DNA of 64,000 nucleotides from a virus: IMG/VR virus record IMGVR_UViG_3300021963_000077, positions 1 to 64,000 of that record; one strand, 5' to 3'. Shown piece by piece: positions 62,374 to 64,000 of this stretch (position 1 is its first letter; each line of letters starts with the position of its first letter). The notes under the pieces were generated by a model. It saw only the letters and a program-made list of their open reading frames with translations, ran no database searches and was not told where the DNA came from. The position numbers and the translations under genes were made by a program.

Positions 62374-62696
62374 GACACCGCTCCAAGAAGAAAGAAGCTG
62401 AGTACAGGCTCCGGCGACCACTTGTGGAGCGTCTTCTTGGTGAACGGCCATGGTGTGAAGCGTGTCCAGTGTTTGCGCAGCATGATGGTGTATTTACATA
62501 TACGCGAAATCAATCCGTTGATGTTCACGAGTTGGTAAGACGATCTCAAGGCGGATCAATACTTGAAGAGTCAAACCTGATGTGCGTGTGTAGGAAGTGC
62601 CATACAAGAATCGGGAACCATCCAGCATTAGCATTTGATTTAGGGCTTGCGAAACGCGGGTGGGAGGGCAGATCAAATGATAACAATGGGAATTGA
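62370..62696 (+). CDS. HNH endonuclease
   Basis: CEAC...DVHELVRRSQGG...NLMCVCRKCH. Confidence 0.85.
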   Translation: MRHRSKKKEAEYRLRRPLVERLLGERPWCEACPVFAQHDGVFTYTRNQSVDVHELVRRSQGGSILEESNLMCVCRKCHTRIGNHPALAFDLGLAKRGWEGRSNDNNGN

Positions 62697-63207
62697 TCCG
62701 TCGCTCACGTCAACCGGGATCTCACAGAATGGTAAAACTGGCGTAATAACAACTAAACTGACTGGCATTCCGCGCCTTGACTTTATATCAGGGGTTATAG
62801 TTGAGTTTGTTAACGTAAACCATGTTGAGTGCGTCTCTATTGAAGGTTATTCCTTTGCTTCAAAGAACTCACAAGCTCACAGTATTGGTGAGCTCGGTGG
62901 CGTGATTCGCCATGGGCTGTGGAAAATGGGCATTCCAATAATAGAAATACCACCAACAAGTAGAGCCAAGTTCGCTACCGGGCGAGGCAATGCCAGTAAA
63001 GGCGAAGTCATATCTGCTATTTCTGCAAGGACTGGAATAGTTTTTGCTGGAGGTGGAGGAAATGACGAATGTGATGCATGGGTAATAGAAGAAATGCTGA
63101 GATACAAACTAGGTCAAAGCATCATTGAATGGCCAAAATCATCAACTGATGCATTAGACAAGATTGACTGGTCTCCTTTAGAAAGGGCTACTAATGAATG
63201 TAAATAG
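62677..63207 (+). CDS. ruvC: RuvC-like Holliday junction resolvase
   Basis: GIDPSLTSTG, IEGY, ELGGV, KFATGRGNASK, NDECDA. Confidence 0.88.
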   Translation: MITMGIDPSLTSTGISQNGKTGVITTKLTGIPRLDFISGVIVEFVNVNHVECVSIEGYSFASKNSQAHSIGELGGVIRHGLWKMGIPIIEIPPTSRAKFATGRGNASKGEVISAISARTGIVFAGGGGNDECDAWVIEEMLRYKLGQSIIEWPKSSTDALDKIDWSPLERATNECK

Positions 63208-63547
63208 AACGCAACCAATTAGTCAAGTTGATGTTGAGAATGAGCTTATGCGCCTTCTCTCAATTCTTGAAGAGGAAACCGAAGCCTACGAATCGCTGGC
63301 TGAAGACGCGGCAAAAAAGGAAGCTCTGTATAAATCAAATTGGGCCAAGGAGTACCTTTCCGCAAAGGGTTCAATCAAGGAGCGCGAAGCGTGGGCGGAC
63401 TACAAACTGTCCGAAGAGATTTTTGATCATAAAATTGCCGAGGCAATGGTTAAGTCAAAAAGAGAGTTGCTCACATCGCTGAGAACTAGTATTGACGCCC
63501 TTAGAACGCTTAATGCAAACATTAGATTCCAGGTTGGTAACTCATGA
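63194..63547 (+). CDS. coiled-coil hypothetical protein (recombination mediator-like)
   Basis: KGSIKEREAWA...SIDALRTLNANIR. Confidence 0.7.
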   Translation: MNVNRTQPISQVDVENELMRLLSILEEETEAYESLAEDAAKKEALYKSNWAKEYLSAKGSIKEREAWADYKLSEEIFDHKIAEAMVKSKRELLTSLRTSIDALRTLNANIRFQVGNS

Positions 63548-64000
63548 AAATACACCCAAGTTTAATCGAGTTTGAAATTGAAGTAGACCTGCTTGTCCCT
63601 CTGCCAGGTAATCCCCGAGTTGGCAATGTGGACGCAATCATGGCTTCATATTCTGAATTCGGGCAGGTAAAACCGATAGTAATTAAAGACAACGGCGATG
63701 GTTCTTTTACGGTAATTGCTGGAAATCACCAACTTGAAGCTGCACGGCGTCTTGGGTGGCAAAGAATTGCTGCGGTGAAGCTTGATGCAGATGATTCGCG
63801 AGCAATTGCATTTGCCCTTGCTGATAACAGAACAATGGAGCTCGGACACACTGAGCCAGATTTATTGAATGAAATGCTTTCTCAGGTTACTGATTTTTAT
63901 CCAGAGTTAATGGAAGACCTTGGGTGGGACGATTTTGAGATGGCCGCAATAAACGAGCAAGTTAAGCGTTTGTCTGCTAGCGATATTCTTTCAGAAGGTT
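63544..64000 (+). CDS. ParB/Srx-like N-terminal domain protein (truncated by window)
   Basis: Not in ORF track; manual: LVPLPGNPRVGNVDAIMASYSEFGQVKPIV...VIAGNHQLEAARRLGW...ALADNRT. Confidence 0.85.
   Translation, partial: MKIHPSLIEFEIEVDLLVPLPGNPRVGNVDAIMASYSEFGQVKPIVIKDNGDGSFTVIAGNHQLEAARRLGWQRIAAVKLDADDSRAIAFALADNRTMELGHTEPDLLNEMLSQVTDFYPELMEDLGWDDFEMAAINEQVKRLSASDILSEG

Overview
This window is part of a large tailed-phage (Caudoviricetes, HK97-type head) genome. The host is most likely an actinobacterium, given WhiB, an actinobacterial-type ferredoxin and many leaderless SigA-type promoters. Positions 1-26.6 kb carry replication, nucleotide-metabolism and accessory genes (ParB-like, DUF932, WhiB, primase-helicase, probable TerS, SNase, dCMP deaminase, SpeD, two C5-methyltransferases, NrdJ, ThyX, a 2OG-Fe(II) hydroxylase). 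They are interspersed with 10 canonical tRNAs and 2 non-canonical tRNA-like genes; almost all read A-ending codons. Positions 26.6-58.5 kb form a minus-strand head operon: portal-MuF, a prohead-protease polyprotein, about 25 kb of giant multidomain ORFs, then the major capsid protein. Positions 58.6-64 kb hold TerL (divergent from portal) and a recombination module. The main discovery candidate is the insert between protease and capsid. Six proteins share a ~24-aa tag (R/Y-[FY]-D-x-x-A-x-DGDxDGL[VI]Q[DE]xTxF[EQ]RP, 7 copies). A recurrent R-x-[IV]-S-G-[AS]-M linker precedes apparently captured effector domains (zeta toxin, HicA-like, OGFr-like, zincins, ART-like, KTSC, HTH). One tag copy can only be translated through an apparent programmed -1 frameshift (T TTA AAA plus hairpin). 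This looks like a modular, proteolytically processed, capsid-packaged cargo system. All domain calls come from motif recognition by eye, not from database searches.
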